DNA from: a virus
Taxonomy: Duplodnaviria; Caudoviricetes
Length of the DNA: 64,000 bases
Virus record (IMG/VR): IMGVR_UViG_3300025012_000084
Location: 1,617 to 65,616 of that record
Reading direction: 5' to 3' (one strand)
Part shown: positions 19,411-32,000 of the stretch, in pieces
Numbering within the stretch: position 1 is the stretch's first letter
Layout of the letters: every line of letters starts with the position of its first letter
The notes under the pieces: generated by a model
What the model saw: only the letters and a program-made list of their open reading frames with translations
Databases searched by the model: none
What the model was told of the DNA's origin: nothing
Made by a program: the position numbers and the translations under genes

Positions 19411-20051
19411 TGCCGCTTAAAACGCAAATTGAGGACGGTGCTGGAAGCGGGGGTAGAGCAGCCGTCGTTGACAACGCGCTGGTTGTTATATCACACCCAC
19501 ACCCGCCACTAGGCACTTCCAAAACCTACCCTGTCAGGCAATACATGACGTTGGACGGAACGGAAGGCGGAACATCGAGCATGAAGGTTGTCGGAACGCT
19601 TGCCGCGCCGGTAAAGTTTTTTATCCCCGCTGGTCTGGACGATGACCGCTACATCACTATGCTGTCATTTGTGATTGCAGGAGCAGGCGCAACACTGAGC
19701 GAATTTTCAACGGTTCCTGCACTTACGAATGGTTGCAAACTGTATTATGAGCAGCCTGCTGGAGTACGTGTGATACATGATGCGTTGAAATCAAACTTCG
19801 ACTTCGTCCGATTGTGTGTTGGAACCCCTGCATTTGGGGCTGCGGCGGATGCGTTCCGCGCATCAAACGTGATCGGCACCTCCGAAGCCTACATCCCTAC
19901 ACTTGACCTGACCAAGATAATTCCGCCATACGGGATAAAGCTTGATGCAGGGAGTAATCAAAAGTTTGTTCTTGAGATACGGGATGACACAACTTCAGCC
20001 TCGATCGTGGCCTTTGACGTGATCGCCTATGGGTTCGACCGCGTTCCGTAA
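19410..20051 (+). CDS. Hypothetical virion protein, paralog 3
   Basis: IEDGAGSGGRAAV; TAATG coupling. Confidence 0.65.
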   Translation: MPLKTQIEDGAGSGGRAAVVDNALVVISHPHPPLGTSKTYPVRQYMTLDGTEGGTSSMKVVGTLAAPVKFFIPAGLDDDRYITMLSFVIAGAGATLSEFSTVPALTNGCKLYYEQPAGVRVIHDALKSNFDFVRLCVGTPAFGAAADAFRASNVIGTSEAYIPTLDLTKIIPPYGIKLDAGSNQKFVLEIRDDTTSASIVAFDVIAYGFDRVP

Positions 20052-20068
20052 AAATTAAGGGGTTAAAC

Positions 20069-23000
20069 ATGGCAACCATACAAGAGTTGGAAGCACAGAT
20101 AGCATCGCTGGAGAATCAGGACTCTTCACTTGCGCAGCGTCAGGTCGTTGCCGCCCAGCAGCAGCTACGGCTCTTATATGCGCAAGAGACACTAGACAAT
20201 CCGGCATCCACCCCGTCGCAGATATGGAACGCCAGACAGGTGCTCACCACTGTACGCCTAGAAGATACGAACATAAACGGTGAGTACATAGACCCGACAG
20301 CTGAGGCGCTTTTAGAGAACGCTGCGTCCAATGCGTACCAGAACACCGCCGAATGGCAGGCGGCTGTGGACGCATACAATACGGGCGGGGTTGTCCCGTA
20401 CAAGTATGAGCCGTTGCTCAGGCACCTGAACGGTTACTACACCGACGGTGCGGCGGCTCCAGGCAATCTGGCACCTACAACTGCTAATGCCGCCATTAGC
20501 CAGTGGGGTGTAGACGCTCAGGCGGGCGGGTTCGAGAAATTCATGGGCGCCGTATCGCTCGCAGCCACGGTGTGGGCCCTCGGCCCGTTGTTCCCGTCAA
20601 TACCTGCGGCGGCGGCGGCTGCCAGTGCGGCAACTACTCTTGGGACTGGTGGTACGGTAAGTGATGCTGTGAGAGGCGCGGCGATTGCGGGGGTAACAGC
20701 TTTCGCGGGAGGCCAAGCTGCCGACCAGTTTGGAGGGATCAACACGCTCGCCGGAGGAGCTGCTGGCTACGCTGCCGCCGCCGCTACAGGTTCGGCACTG
20801 TCGGGGGCCGGGTTGCAGGGCACGATACAGAACGCACTACTTGGCGCTCTCGCTGGAGGTGTCATTGGTGGCATACAAGAGTACATGCCTTACGGCACTA
20901 CTGGAATCACCAACGCGCAGGTGGAAGAGCTTGCAAACATGGGGTTGACGGCAGAGCAGATGGCTGGAATCAACGACGCGTGGCAAAACTCTGGGCAGCT
21001 GACATCAGCGCAGTCCGAGTATTTGAACCGCGTGGCGGCAGACGTAGCGGCAAACGGCCCTCTTGGAGGCCAAGTCTCATCCGTTACTGATAAAACTCCT
21101 GCCGGAGGAGGACTGCGGTCACTGACCGACGCAGACACCTACCAAGCGATGCGGGATGCGGCAGGTATCACAGCGTCCACAGGCGACAACATTTTGGACT
21201 CGCAGCTAGCCGCCCGTGTGCAGGAAGGTGCGTTGACTTCAGAACAGGCGAATATATATGCAGACTCCGTGATGCGAGGTAACGTATCGCCGACCGATCT
21301 GTCAGCCGGGCTAGACAGCCTTATAGGAACCACGGACGGTGTTGGAGGGCTGCGGTCGCTGACCGACGCAGACATGTATCAGGCGATGCGTGATGCGGCG
21401 GGTATCACAGCATCCACAGGTGACACCACCTTGGACTCTAAGCTGGCCGCCCGTGTGCAGGAAGGGCTTATAACTCCAGCAGAGGCGAACACGTATGTGG
21501 CGGCTGTGACAAACGGGACAGTTAATCCAACCGATCTATCCAATGGGCTGGACAGCCTTATAGACCAACCTGCCGCAAGAGGAAACCCTCTCAAGACTAT
21601 CGGAGCCGCGCTGGGGGCTGCTGGTACGGTAGGAGGTCTCCTGAACAACCTCGGGATTATTGGGGGGGATGCGACCACACAGCCACAGCCACCTGCAACA
21701 GCCCCACCGGGAGCTGGCGCTCGGTACACAGGGCCTACAGCTCAGTCTGGTATACGTTACGTAGACCCGGGCTATCCGTCAGATGTCTCCGCCGATGCGA
21801 GAGGCATCCTTCAATTCTACGGCGGCCCGGAGAAAACGTATTTTTCCGGTAACAGAGCTACTAACTTCACAGGCCAAGGTATCGCAGGAGGAACGACCGC
21901 CGGAGGCACTACAACACCATCCAGAGGCACAGACGCCACCAGCGTGGCCATCCAGCAATGGATGGCAGCCAATCCGCAGGCCGGGTACGCCGACATCGCG
22001 AGGGCTGCCAACTCGGTCGGGGTTACGCCGCAGCAGCTGGCGACGGCGATGGGTGTGCCGCTGGCTGATGTCATGTCGGTGTGGCAGACCACCGGGGTTC
22101 CTGTCGGTCGTGTTGACGTTGTTGATCCGGCTACCGCCGTTATACGCAGATGGTCTATAGCGAACCCGACAGCTGACTACGCGGCCATACTTCGTTTTGC
22201 GGCTGAGAACGGGTACACACCAGCACAGACAGCGGCAGCGCTTGGCACGTCGATCTCCAGCGTAAACAGCCTGTGGGACAGCACTGTAGTACCGACAACC
22301 ACAACGGTAACTCCGGTAACTCCGGTAACTCCGGTAACTCCGGTAACTCCGGTAACTCCGGTAACTCCGGTAACTCCGGTAACTCCGGTGGATAGCCCAG
22401 CAACTCCGGTAACTCCGGTAACTCCGGTAACTCCGGTGGATAGCCCAGCAACTCCTGCTGGCGCCACGACCGGTAGCATCCCAATCACTTTAGGGGTGAC
22501 TACACCACCATCCAGAGGCACAGACGCCACCAGCGCGGTCATCCTACAGTGGGCAGCCGATAACCCGACGGCTGGGATACCGGAAATTATCAACGCGGCC
22601 AACTCGGTTGGTGGGACGCCACAGCAGCTGTCTACAGCATTTGGAATCCCTCTGGCCGATGTTCAAAATGCGTGGAACGACGTCGTGTCAGGTACGACAG
22701 CCGCAGGTACCGGGACTACCTACGCAGGAGGTACATACACACCTCCTGTGGTAGAGACGGTAACTCCGATAACGCCAACAGCCAGAGGGACGGCATCTAG
22801 CCCGGTAACACCTCCTGTGGTAGAAACGATCACGCCCAAAAATGTCGCTGCACTTGACACCAGCGTGGCCATCCAGCAATGGATGGCGGCCAACCCGCAG
22901 GCGTCGTACACCGACATAGCCAACGCCGCTAACTCTGTGGGTGTTACGCCGCAGCAGCTGGCGACGGCGATGGGTGTGCCGCTGGGAGATGTTCTGTCTG

Positions 23001-23437
23001 TGTGGCGCAGCACCGGGGTTCCGATAGCATCTGATAATGCTGCGGCGCCTGCCGGAATTCCGGCAGCGCTGCCGGTACTCAGCCCGCAACCAATGCAGAC
23101 TACCAAAGGCACTCCGTTCTCGGCTGGCGGAGAGATACGCGGTGCGTCCGGGCTGTCGTCACTGGCACCTCGTCTGATTCAAGGGCCGGGAGACGGTATG
23201 AGCGACAGCATCCCAGCGTACATATCTGGTGGGGGTATCCGTGCTAACGAGCCTATCAGTGTGACTGACGGCGAGTACATAGTGTCGGCAGATGTGGTTT
23301 CGCACTTAGGTAACGGGTCTACAACTGCCGGGTCAAAAGTTCTCGACGGCATGATGGATCGTGTCCGTAAAGCCAGAACCGGCACCAAAAAACAGGCTCC
23401 GAAGATTGATGCCCGTAGTTTGGTGCAATCTGTATAA
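20069..23437 (+). CDS. Internal virion / ejection protein with internal repeats
   Basis: 1122 aa; glycine-zipper region; C-terminal [32 protein letters not shown] domain. Confidence 0.7.
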   Translation: MATIQELEAQIASLENQDSSLAQRQVVAAQQQLRLLYAQETLDNPASTPSQIWNARQVLTTVRLEDTNINGEYIDPTAEALLENAASNAYQNTAEWQAAVDAYNTGGVVPYKYEPLLRHLNGYYTDGAAAPGNLAPTTANAAISQWGVDAQAGGFEKFMGAVSLAATVWALGPLFPSIPAAAAAASAATTLGTGGTVSDAVRGAAIAGVTAFAGGQAADQFGGINTLAGGAAGYAAAAATGSALSGAGLQGTIQNALLGALAGGVIGGIQEYMPYGTTGITNAQVEELANMGLTAEQMAGINDAWQNSGQLTSAQSEYLNRVAADVAANGPLGGQVSSVTDKTPAGGGLRSLTDADTYQAMRDAAGITASTGDNILDSQLAARVQEGALTSEQANIYADSVMRGNVSPTDLSAGLDSLIGTTDGVGGLRSLTDADMYQAMRDAAGITASTGDTTLDSKLAARVQEGLITPAEANTYVAAVTNGTVNPTDLSNGLDSLIDQPAARGNPLKTIGAALGAAGTVGGLLNNLGIIGGDATTQPQPPATAPPGAGARYTGPTAQSGIRYVDPGYPSDVSADARGILQFYGGPEKTYFSGNRATNFTGQGIAGGTTAGGTTTPSRGTDATSVAIQQWMAANPQAGYADIARAANSVGVTPQQLATAMGVPLADVMSVWQTTGVPVGRVDVVDPATAVIRRWSIANPTADYAAILRFAAENGYTPAQTAAALGTSISSVNSLWDSTVVPTTTTVTPVTPVTPVTPVTPVTPVTPVTPVTPVDSPATPVTPVTPVTPVDSPATPAGATTGSIPITLGVTTPPSRGTDATSAVILQWAADNPTAGIPEIINAANSVGGTPQQLSTAFGIPLADVQNAWNDVVSGTTAAGTGTTYAGGTYTPPVVETVTPITPTARGTASSPVTPPVVETITPKNVAALDTSVAIQQWMAANPQASYTDIANAANSVGVTPQQLATAMGVPLGDVLSVWRSTGVPIASDNAAAPAGIPAALPVLSPQPMQTTKGTPFSAGGEIRGASGLSSLAPRLIQGPGDGMSDSIPAYISGGGIRANEPISVTDGEYIVSADVVSHLGNGSTTAGSKVLDGMMDRVRKARTGTKKQAPKIDARSLVQSV
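22310..22456 (+). repeat. 9-bp coding tandem repeat (ACTCCGGTA; TPV x9 + x4)
   Basis: Directly visible. Confidence 0.95.
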
Positions 23438-23463
23438 TCGTTAGAATATCCAAGGAGACTAAA

Positions 23464-24372
23464 ATGGTAGACACCACAACAGCAACGACAGGCAGCACTG
23501 TAAGGTCGTTTGCTCCGGAGTTCACACCTCTGGCGTCACTTGTTGGAGGGGCTGCGGAAGCAGAGATGAGCCGCGAGTACACCCCATACGGCGGAATCCG
23601 AACTATGGGGTTCGACCCGTACCAGCAAGCCACTCAGGCGAACCTGATGGGGTTAGCGACTCCGACACAGTTCGCCGGGGCGACCACTGGTATTACAGGT
23701 GCGCAAGCGTCCGCTGCCGCTCCCGGCGCGCTCTCCGGGTTCATAAGCCCGTTCAGTGAGAACGTGACCGACATCGCGGCGCGGCAGGCCATGCGTGACT
23801 TTGGTCGCGAACAGACGGCGCGCGATTACCAGTTCTCAAAAGCAGGTGCGTTTGGAGGCTCCAGGCAAGGTATAGCCGATGCAGAGGCGCTTCGCAACCT
23901 GAATCAGCAGCTACAGGACTCTCAGCTAAAAGGTGACGCGATGGCGTACCAAGCGGCTATAGACCAGTTCAATAAAGAGAGGTCGATGCAGCTGGAATCA
24001 GGCAAGGCGCTGGCACAGACAGGCGAGGCCATGCAGCAGGGCGACTTGAACCGTCTCGGATCACAGATGGGCGTTGGAAACCAGTGGCAGCAGCTCGGGC
24101 AGCAGCAGCTCGACACCGCGTACCAGGACTTCATAAATCAGAGGGACTGGGCCAGAAACCAGACCGGGTGGGCGTCTGGAGTGCTATCTGGAAACACGGC
24201 AAACACCGGTGCTACGACGACGTCCGGAACCAGCGTGGCGCCTCAACCTGCACCGGCTAATCCATGGGGTCAAGTCGCTAGCGCGGGTGTCGCACTGTCA
24301 GGATTAGCTGGTATGCTGGGTAGCTCCAATAGCGGATCTAGCAGTCTCGGAAACAATTTCGGGTGGTGGTAA
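23464..24372 (+). CDS. DNA ejection/pilot protein
   Basis: AGAFGGSRQGI motif; Gln/Ala-rich. Confidence 0.7.
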   Translation: MVDTTTATTGSTVRSFAPEFTPLASLVGGAAEAEMSREYTPYGGIRTMGFDPYQQATQANLMGLATPTQFAGATTGITGAQASAAAPGALSGFISPFSENVTDIAARQAMRDFGREQTARDYQFSKAGAFGGSRQGIADAEALRNLNQQLQDSQLKGDAMAYQAAIDQFNKERSMQLESGKALAQTGEAMQQGDLNRLGSQMGVGNQWQQLGQQQLDTAYQDFINQRDWARNQTGWASGVLSGNTANTGATTTSGTSVAPQPAPANPWGQVASAGVALSGLAGMLGSSNSGSSSLGNNFGWW

Positions 24373-24385
24373 CAGGAGCGCGCAC

Positions 24386-26014
24386 ATGAATATATTAGAG
24401 CAAGCAAGACTATTGGAGCAGCTCCCTGATGCGGCATTGCAGCGCGAGATGCAGCAGCCGACTGGAAGCACTCCATCGTATCTCGTGGTGACCGAGATAG
24501 ACAGGCGAAATAAGTTGCGCCAAGGCGCCAGTGTCGGTGCAGGAGAGCCTCCTACGGTTGCGAGCCAGGTGACTGCGCAGATAAATCAGCAGCAGCCGGT
24601 TCAAACACAGCAAACCATGGCCGGTGCCAGGTCTGTAGGAATAGCCGCCGTGCCCGGCACCCAGCCACCACCAATGCAAAAAATGGCTGGAGGCGGTATC
24701 GTCGCGTTCAAGAAAGGTGGTGAGGTGTGCGGGTACGCGGGAGGTGGTCTGCCGAGGTTGAGCCTGGACGAAGAGATTGCCAGGGAGCTTGGGTACAAAG
24801 GCGGCGGTGATTCGGCAGCGGTCAGGTCATTCCTGGCAACAAAAGACAATGTAGATATAGCTCAAGCAACGAATCGCGTGAGATCGGCAAGAGCGACGTC
24901 TGGCCCGGAGCGTTTTGGAGTAGGTGTAGCTGCTGGCCCGCGCGTTGCAGGCGCTATGGCCTCTGACATCGCCTCTGATTACGGAAATATGTACCAAAAG
25001 GCTGTGTCTGAGCCTGTCGGCGGATTTCTGGCCGGTGTGTTCGGCGGGGGAGAAGAGACTGTGCCAGCTCAGACGCGACCGCCCGGAGTTCCGGACGTTA
25101 CCGAAGAGCAGCGCGCGGCAGCGCAACGGCGCGCCCAGAGACAGGCTGCTGCGCAAGCTCAACCTCCTGCGGCTGTGCCACCGGCGGTTCGTCCCGGTCT
25201 GGCAGGGTTGCCTTCCGGGGCGGTTACACTGGATGAGAACGTGCAGCTGCCTCGCGCAGCGGCCACAGACCCTCGCGCCCAGATGGAGGAGGCGCGCGCG
25301 CTGTACGGGGCAGACCCGGCAGCGGCAGCTCTCCAGAAAGCTATCTCGGACAGAGAAGCCGGTATCGCCGGGAAGCGTAAAGATGCGGGGAACATGGCTC
25401 TTATCAAAGGCGGTCTGGACATGATGTCAGCGGCCAGCCGTCCCGGAGCCACGTTCTTTGGCTCCGCCGCAGAAGGTGCCAAGTCAGGTCTGGCGGCATT
25501 GGAGAAGAGCGGCTCCACCATTTCCGCCGAGGAAGATGCCATTCAGCAGGCGAGGATAGCCGAGCTGTCCAGGCAGCGCGGAGAGACTGTCGGTCTTGCG
25601 GACAAGGCATTGGCACGAAAGCAGCAGGTGGAGGACAAAAACGCGGGTATCGCCCAAACAGAGGCTGTTCTCGGGTTCGACATCAAGAAGTTTAACGCCG
25701 AGCAGAAGCAGCGATTCGTGACGGCAGGTGCCGCGCTGGCGGCATCCAACGCCCAGCACAAGGAGCAGATGGCTCGACTCACGTCCCAAGACCAAAGAGA
25801 CATGGCGACAGCCGCTCACAGGCCGGTAGAAGACGCTACCGCAGAGCTGAAAATACTGATAGGCGCTGGCGCAAGCCCGAAGGCTATTGAAGAGGCTACT
25901 ATTGTGCTCCACACGGCGGCGGCCAACTACGAAAAATTCCTGCAAGAAAAGCTGGGCCGATCAAATTACAGTACACGTGCCGGCAATACAGGCGCGATAG
26001 GTGTGTTGCGATAG
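24386..26014 (+). CDS. Internal virion protein
   Basis: MAGGGIVAF motif; Ala-rich coiled coil. Confidence 0.65.
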   Translation: MNILEQARLLEQLPDAALQREMQQPTGSTPSYLVVTEIDRRNKLRQGASVGAGEPPTVASQVTAQINQQQPVQTQQTMAGARSVGIAAVPGTQPPPMQKMAGGGIVAFKKGGEVCGYAGGGLPRLSLDEEIARELGYKGGGDSAAVRSFLATKDNVDIAQATNRVRSARATSGPERFGVGVAAGPRVAGAMASDIASDYGNMYQKAVSEPVGGFLAGVFGGGEETVPAQTRPPGVPDVTEEQRAAAQRRAQRQAAAQAQPPAAVPPAVRPGLAGLPSGAVTLDENVQLPRAAATDPRAQMEEARALYGADPAAAALQKAISDREAGIAGKRKDAGNMALIKGGLDMMSAASRPGATFFGSAAEGAKSGLAALEKSGSTISAEEDAIQQARIAELSRQRGETVGLADKALARKQQVEDKNAGIAQTEAVLGFDIKKFNAEQKQRFVTAGAALAASNAQHKEQMARLTSQDQRDMATAAHRPVEDATAELKILIGAGASPKAIEEATIVLHTAAANYEKFLQEKLGRSNYSTRAGNTGAIGVLR

Positions 26015-26040
26015 CTCGGTATCGAGCGGGAGAATAGCAT

Positions 26041-29000
26041 ATGGCTCAGAGGCTTCTGGCACTGCCTGACGGCAACAAGATCGAGTACGACGACGAGAAG
26101 TATTCGATATACACGGCTCTTGACGCCGCTCGGATACAATTCCCAGGGTCATTCCCGGTAGATGACACGGCAAAACCGTCAGCGTGGAGGCGCGTTCCTG
26201 ACATCGGAATCGCTGCGCTAAAAACCATGGTGGCGGTTCCAGAGATGGTTACCGGAATTGCCGACATCCCGACCGGAGGCGCTTTCGGCAAGGCTGTTGA
26301 GTCGTCAGGAGTACAGTTTGCGGAGACGCAGAAGATACTCGATACCTTGTACAGCCCGCAGCAACAGGCCGCGAACGCCGCGCTAAGAGACGCTGATGGG
26401 TTTCTGGCAACACTCGCTGCCGGTGCGTCCAACCCAAGCTCCGTCATGGCTGTTATCGGGGAGTCTGTCGGCCCTATGCTGGCAGGTAGTGTCTACGCTA
26501 GGGGCATAAGGTCTTTATATGGAATTGGAGCAGCGCCAGCCGCGTCCATCGGAGAAGGTCTTGCCATGACGGGGAGCGCTGCCGAGGGTATCCGGCAGCA
26601 GACGGAGACGGGGTACCTATCTCCGGAACAATCCTTGGCAGCACTCGGATCCGGTGTCGGAGGAGCGCTTACAGGCTACGCTGGAGCGAAGGCATCCAAG
26701 GCAATGGGTGTGACCGACATCGACGTAGCGATGGCCGAGGGTGTTGCCGGGGCTACGTCAAAAAGAGCGTTGATCGCGCGCCTGGCGGCTGGCGGGGTGT
26801 CTGAAGGCGCGTTCGAGGAGATGCCTCAATCAGCGCAAGAACAGATATGGTCGAACTACGCGCTTGGCAAGCCTCTGATGGAAGGTGTGCCGGAATCTAT
26901 GGCTACAGGTCTGATGGCCGGCACTGGCATGGGCGCTGCCGCAAACATCCTGCCGAAAGCTGGAACACCTGTTCCTTCGCCACAAGATGTCGTCCCCCCA
27001 GCTCAACCAGATGCAGCTCTTCCAGCTCCACCCGCAGGAAGTGTACAGGACATGTTTTCTGGGGAGTACGGGGTTCCGCCGCAAGAGCCTGCGCCAGAGA
27101 TGGTGCCTGACATAGAGGTGTCTCCAGACCAAGCCTCACTGCAATTCCCCACGATAACCCAAGATGCTTTTGCCGGATTATTGACCACTAGGGAAGGGAC
27201 TCAGACCGCGCTAGACTATATCAAGAACTCTGTCCCTGACGGTGTCCCAGGAAAAGACGAGGCGCTGAAGCTGTACCAGAAAAAACTCGACTCATATATT
27301 GCGGCTGAGGCAGAGACCGAGCGAGAGGGCAAGCTAGCGGCTGAGTCAGCATTTACTTCTGCTGTCCCGTTACCTACCGGAGAGATTAAGGCTCCAAGGT
27401 CTCCCGATGGGATAACGCTGACAAAAGAGATGCTGGTAAACGCCGGTATTCATCGCGGCAACAAAAAGTTGCAGAAAGTGCAGGACGACCTGTTGGCGCA
27501 CTCTGACATGGCTGAGAATGCGGAGTACATTCGAAGTGTGTTGGACGGCTTCGAGGAGGGTGTGCGCTCACTCCCAGACGCGGCTAGGGCGGAGGTGTTG
27601 GTTCGAGGGATGGATTCTATACGGAATCAGATCAGCGCTGCGGAGAAGAAAAAAAGTGATGTTGACGCAGCATGGCGAGCGCAGGAAAAGTCCGCTACGG
27701 CGCAGACGCTCAAGAGAGTCAACGAGTCAGTGATCGGCAGAGGGCTGCAAGGGTTGGATGTTCTTTCCAGCGGCAGCTCCGCCCGTCAGGAAGCAGAAGC
27801 TGCGCAGAAGCAGTTGGACGAGCAGTCGTTCGCACAGTTGCAAAAAGAGATGGCTGTTCCAGGTACGCAGTTCGGTCTTCAAGGAGAGATAACACCTCCT
27901 GGCGCAACACCGCCCACGACTGCACAGGTAGCGTCGGCAGATACTTTCGAGCAAAAAACTGCTGCGATGTTTTCCACCCCTAGGACGCCAGGGAAAATAG
28001 CCGTTCCGACAAAAGACGCGTTGCAGCCTCGACAAGAGGAAGCTGGAGGACTAGATAAAGTAGCGCCTAAAGCCAGTAAAATAGGCGGAGTTGAGCGGCA
28101 AGAGACTAGCAAACTGATTAGCGCTCAAGCAGTAGTAGCGGCGCTCAACACCATTTCAATAAAAGAAAAAACCACTGCGGCTGGCAAAAAAGCGCGTCAG
28201 TACCGGCAGTCAGCCATGAGTCCGAACTCGACAGACGCAGATTTAGCTGTGGCAGCTACTTTTGTGCAAGAGTACGAGGCCAAGGCAGAACCAAAGGCCA
28301 AGGCAGAACCAAAAGCCAAGGCAGAACCAAAGGCCAAGGCAGAACCAAAGGCCAAGGCAGAACCAAAGGCCAAGGCAGAACCAAAGGCCAAGGCAGAACC
28401 AAAGGCAGCCCGCGAGGTGGAAGACATTGAAGTCGATCTGGCTGATGCAGCAATATCAGGTACTGACGCCGAGATAAGCGATCTTCGGAAAGAGCTGGCT
28501 GTAGCCAAGGCGCGCAGCGGGCGAGTGAAACTCGGTGGGCGCGCGGAAGACTCGAAGGAGACAGCTGCGGCTGTAACCGAGGAAAACAAGGGGCGAGTGT
28601 CTCGGACAGCGATGTCCGCCACCACCAAACTCGTGCCGCCAAAACACCTTATCGCCGCGACCAGAAAAATGGTGGAAAACATTTTGCGCGGATGGATTAA
28701 CCCGCCGATAGTCCGAGTGGTGTCACTAGCCGATTTGTCCGCTGATGATCTGGCGTTTGCCGTGGGGGATGCTGAGTCACCAGCAGCTTACGGATGGATT
28801 GACGGAGACGGAGTCATTACGCTGATACACGACCACCTTAGCACTTTGAGCGACGTAAAAGCAACGCTATTCCATGAAGCTCTCGGGCATTACGGCCTTC
28901 GCAGTAAGTTTGGGGCTGACCTCAACAGGCTGTTACAGGACATATACGACACCAACCCAAAACTTCGCGCGATGGCAGATCGGCAGATCGAACTCGGTAC

Positions 29001-32000
29001 AGCGACCGAGGCTGTAGGCGGAATGGAGGAGGTGTTGGCCGACTCGCAAATGAGCCGTGGAGTTGACCAGACTGTTATAGGTCGAATCGTTTCTTTGGTC
29101 AGAAATTTCGCCAGAGATATGGGCATGAGGTTTTCATACTCCGAAAATGACGTTCGGTCGATACTCAGGCAGGCGCAACGTGCGGTGGAAAAAGGTGGTG
29201 TGCGCCCGGTGTCGGCGAGAGCGGCAATCGTTTCCAAGAGATCTGCGGTCGGGCGCATAGGGGAGGTGCTAGGGATACATATGCCGGGAGTAAAGAAAAC
29301 ATCTCTTGCTCAGGCTGTAGGTGCTCAGAACAGCGCTATAAAAGCTGTCATAGCCTCTCCGTGGGCGCGAGTATTGTCGTCTAAACTGGACACAATGCTC
29401 CTTTATGGCATGACCATGTCGCAGATCGGAGAGGTGTATAGCGGGCTATTTAAAAAAGGAGGGCTGCGCGCTGTGATTAGCGCTGTAGAAGACCTGTCGT
29501 CCACCAGGATGAAGTACATAAAGCAAGGCGACGCCATCGGCAACCAATTTCTGCGAGATGTCGATCTCGAATTTCGCGCGCTGGCGAACGACATGATGGC
29601 CCGGTCTACGAAGGACGGTATATTCCCGGACAAAACGTTCGAGGAAAACGCGGCCCTTGGAACTGTGACCGAAGACCGACGTGATGCGTATGACGACATC
29701 GCTACAGAGTATGCTGCCCTGAAACGAGGTATGGACGCTAGGACACCTGGGTCAGGACAGAAGTTTGAGAACGTCTACCGCGCCATGTACACGCACGGAA
29801 AGTTTTTGTATGACGAGAAACTGCGCCAGACAGAGGAGAATATCGGGGATCTATTCAAAAAACAGAAAGCTGTTGCCACTGCCGCCATCGCAAAAAATCC
29901 ATCTAGAGAAAACAAGGCGGCACTGCGCAGTCTCGACCGAGACCTCAAGGTGTTCCAGGAGAAACTTGGTGTGTTGCGTAACCGAGTCGCAGGGCCGTAC
30001 TTTCCACTGGCTCGATTCGGAAACCATATCGTCACGATGGCATCAAAGGACTACGAGACTGCCGAGGAGGAGGTTGACGCCCTGCGCAAGCAGTTGGAGC
30101 CGATCGAGTCGCTGGTGGATGAAGACCCTTCGGATGCCAACAAGGCCGAGCTCAAGGCGTTGCGCGAGAAATACTCCGACGCGAAGAAGACGTTGGAGAA
30201 ACTGACCGCGAGTCCGGATGACTACTATGTCGAGGTGTTCGAGGGTGAGGCTGACGCGCTGAGAGCATTTGACGAGATGGCTGCCGACGCGGAGGAGAAG
30301 GGTGAAGGCGCTATCGTTCGCAAAACTCTGGCCAAAGATTATGAGGGGCGTGATTCCGTGCCGGCCACGCGGGAGTTCATGGACAAGATCAGCTCTGCGG
30401 TGACCGGAACTATGTCTGCACAAGAGGCTTCAAGGTTCAACACTCTGATGGCGACCGTGATGACCGAGATGTCTCTGAGCGACACAGTGCGCCGCCAGTT
30501 ACGCCGGAAGAATGTATCTGGGCATGACAAGGATATGTTCAGAGGGTTCAGCCGTATGGTCAGTTCCGACGCGCACTTCCTGGCCAACCTGGCTCACAGA
30601 CAGCACATATCCGAGGCGCTATCTGACATGAAGCTGGAAGCGGATACTGTTCGTGGCGACAACTCCAAGCAGATAAAAGTCTTGAACGTAATGTCCAAGC
30701 ATATCGACGGTCAAACAGACTACGCTGGCAAGAACTTGGCATCAAATATAACCTCGTGGACGTCTGTGTGGATGCTGCTCACGTCACCCGCATACATCGC
30801 CTCGAACATGACCCAGCCGTGGATTGTATCTCTGCCGCTGCTGGCGGCAGATTCAAATGTGGCTTCCGCCGTCGCCGCGCTCAACAAGGGTCTGAGTGAG
30901 GCCATGAGCGTCGTAAAGCTATCGGCTGAAGCCGGAGAAGACACCGGCTTCATAAAGAAGTGGTCTAACGTACTGGTCGATGTTGAAGTGGTGCGGGCGC
31001 AGCTCGGAGATGAGGCAGCCGACCTGATAAACCACATGCTGGATAACCAGCTAATCGACGTCTCGCTGTCCTCAGATGCGGGTCTCAACAGCAACGCGGG
31101 TTCCGGCATAAAGGACGCTGTTCTAAAGGCCGTCGGGTCTGCTCCGCACCTGACTGAAGTCACGAACCGGATAGGCACCGCTCTGGCAGCATTCAGTCTG
31201 GCGCGTCGAGAGAACCCTAATGCATCGAAAGACGAACTGTACTCCTACGTCAAAAAAGTCCTTGACAACACACACTTCAACTACTCGGCGGATAACGAGC
31301 CGCTTGCATGGAAAAAGCTGCCGTTTGCGCATGTACTGTTGCAGTTCAAGAAATACCAGGAAGGTATGCTGTATCTGGTGTTCAACAACATAGCCACAGC
31401 TGTTAGCCGTAATCCTGACGTCACGCTGAAAGAGCGCAAGGCAGCGCGCGCGCTGCTAGGGTATCTGGCGGGGACGCATTTTGTGGCCGCCGGAGCTATA
31501 GGAGTGCCTCTGTCAGGGGCTGTTATGGGTGTAATCAATGCCGCCATGGCCGCACTTGGCGGGGACGATGAGCCGTGGGATTCGGCGACTGAGCTGCACG
31601 ATGGCATTGCAGAAGTGTTCGGAGATGATTTCGCGACCATCATTTCTAAAGGGCTTCCAGCGTATCTTGGGCTAGACCTTTCACAAAAGCTCGGATCCGG
31701 CGACATCGCCTCGTTCACGAGGTTCACCGACGACAAGGCCCAAGGAAAAGAGTGGTATAAATCCATGTTGGTAAACTCCATGGGGCCATTCTTTGGGGGG
31801 CTGGCGCCCAGGGCATTCGACGGCGCAAACTTCCTGTTGCACGGTGACCTGTGGAAGGCGTCCGAGAAATTCGCCCCTTCGATAGTCTCAAGCACGATGA
31901 AGGCGTACAGATTCGCTGACGAGGGTCTGACCACCATGTATGGAAATGTCGCCATCCCAGCGGAGAGCTTTGGAGCACACGAGATATTCGGCAAAGCGCT

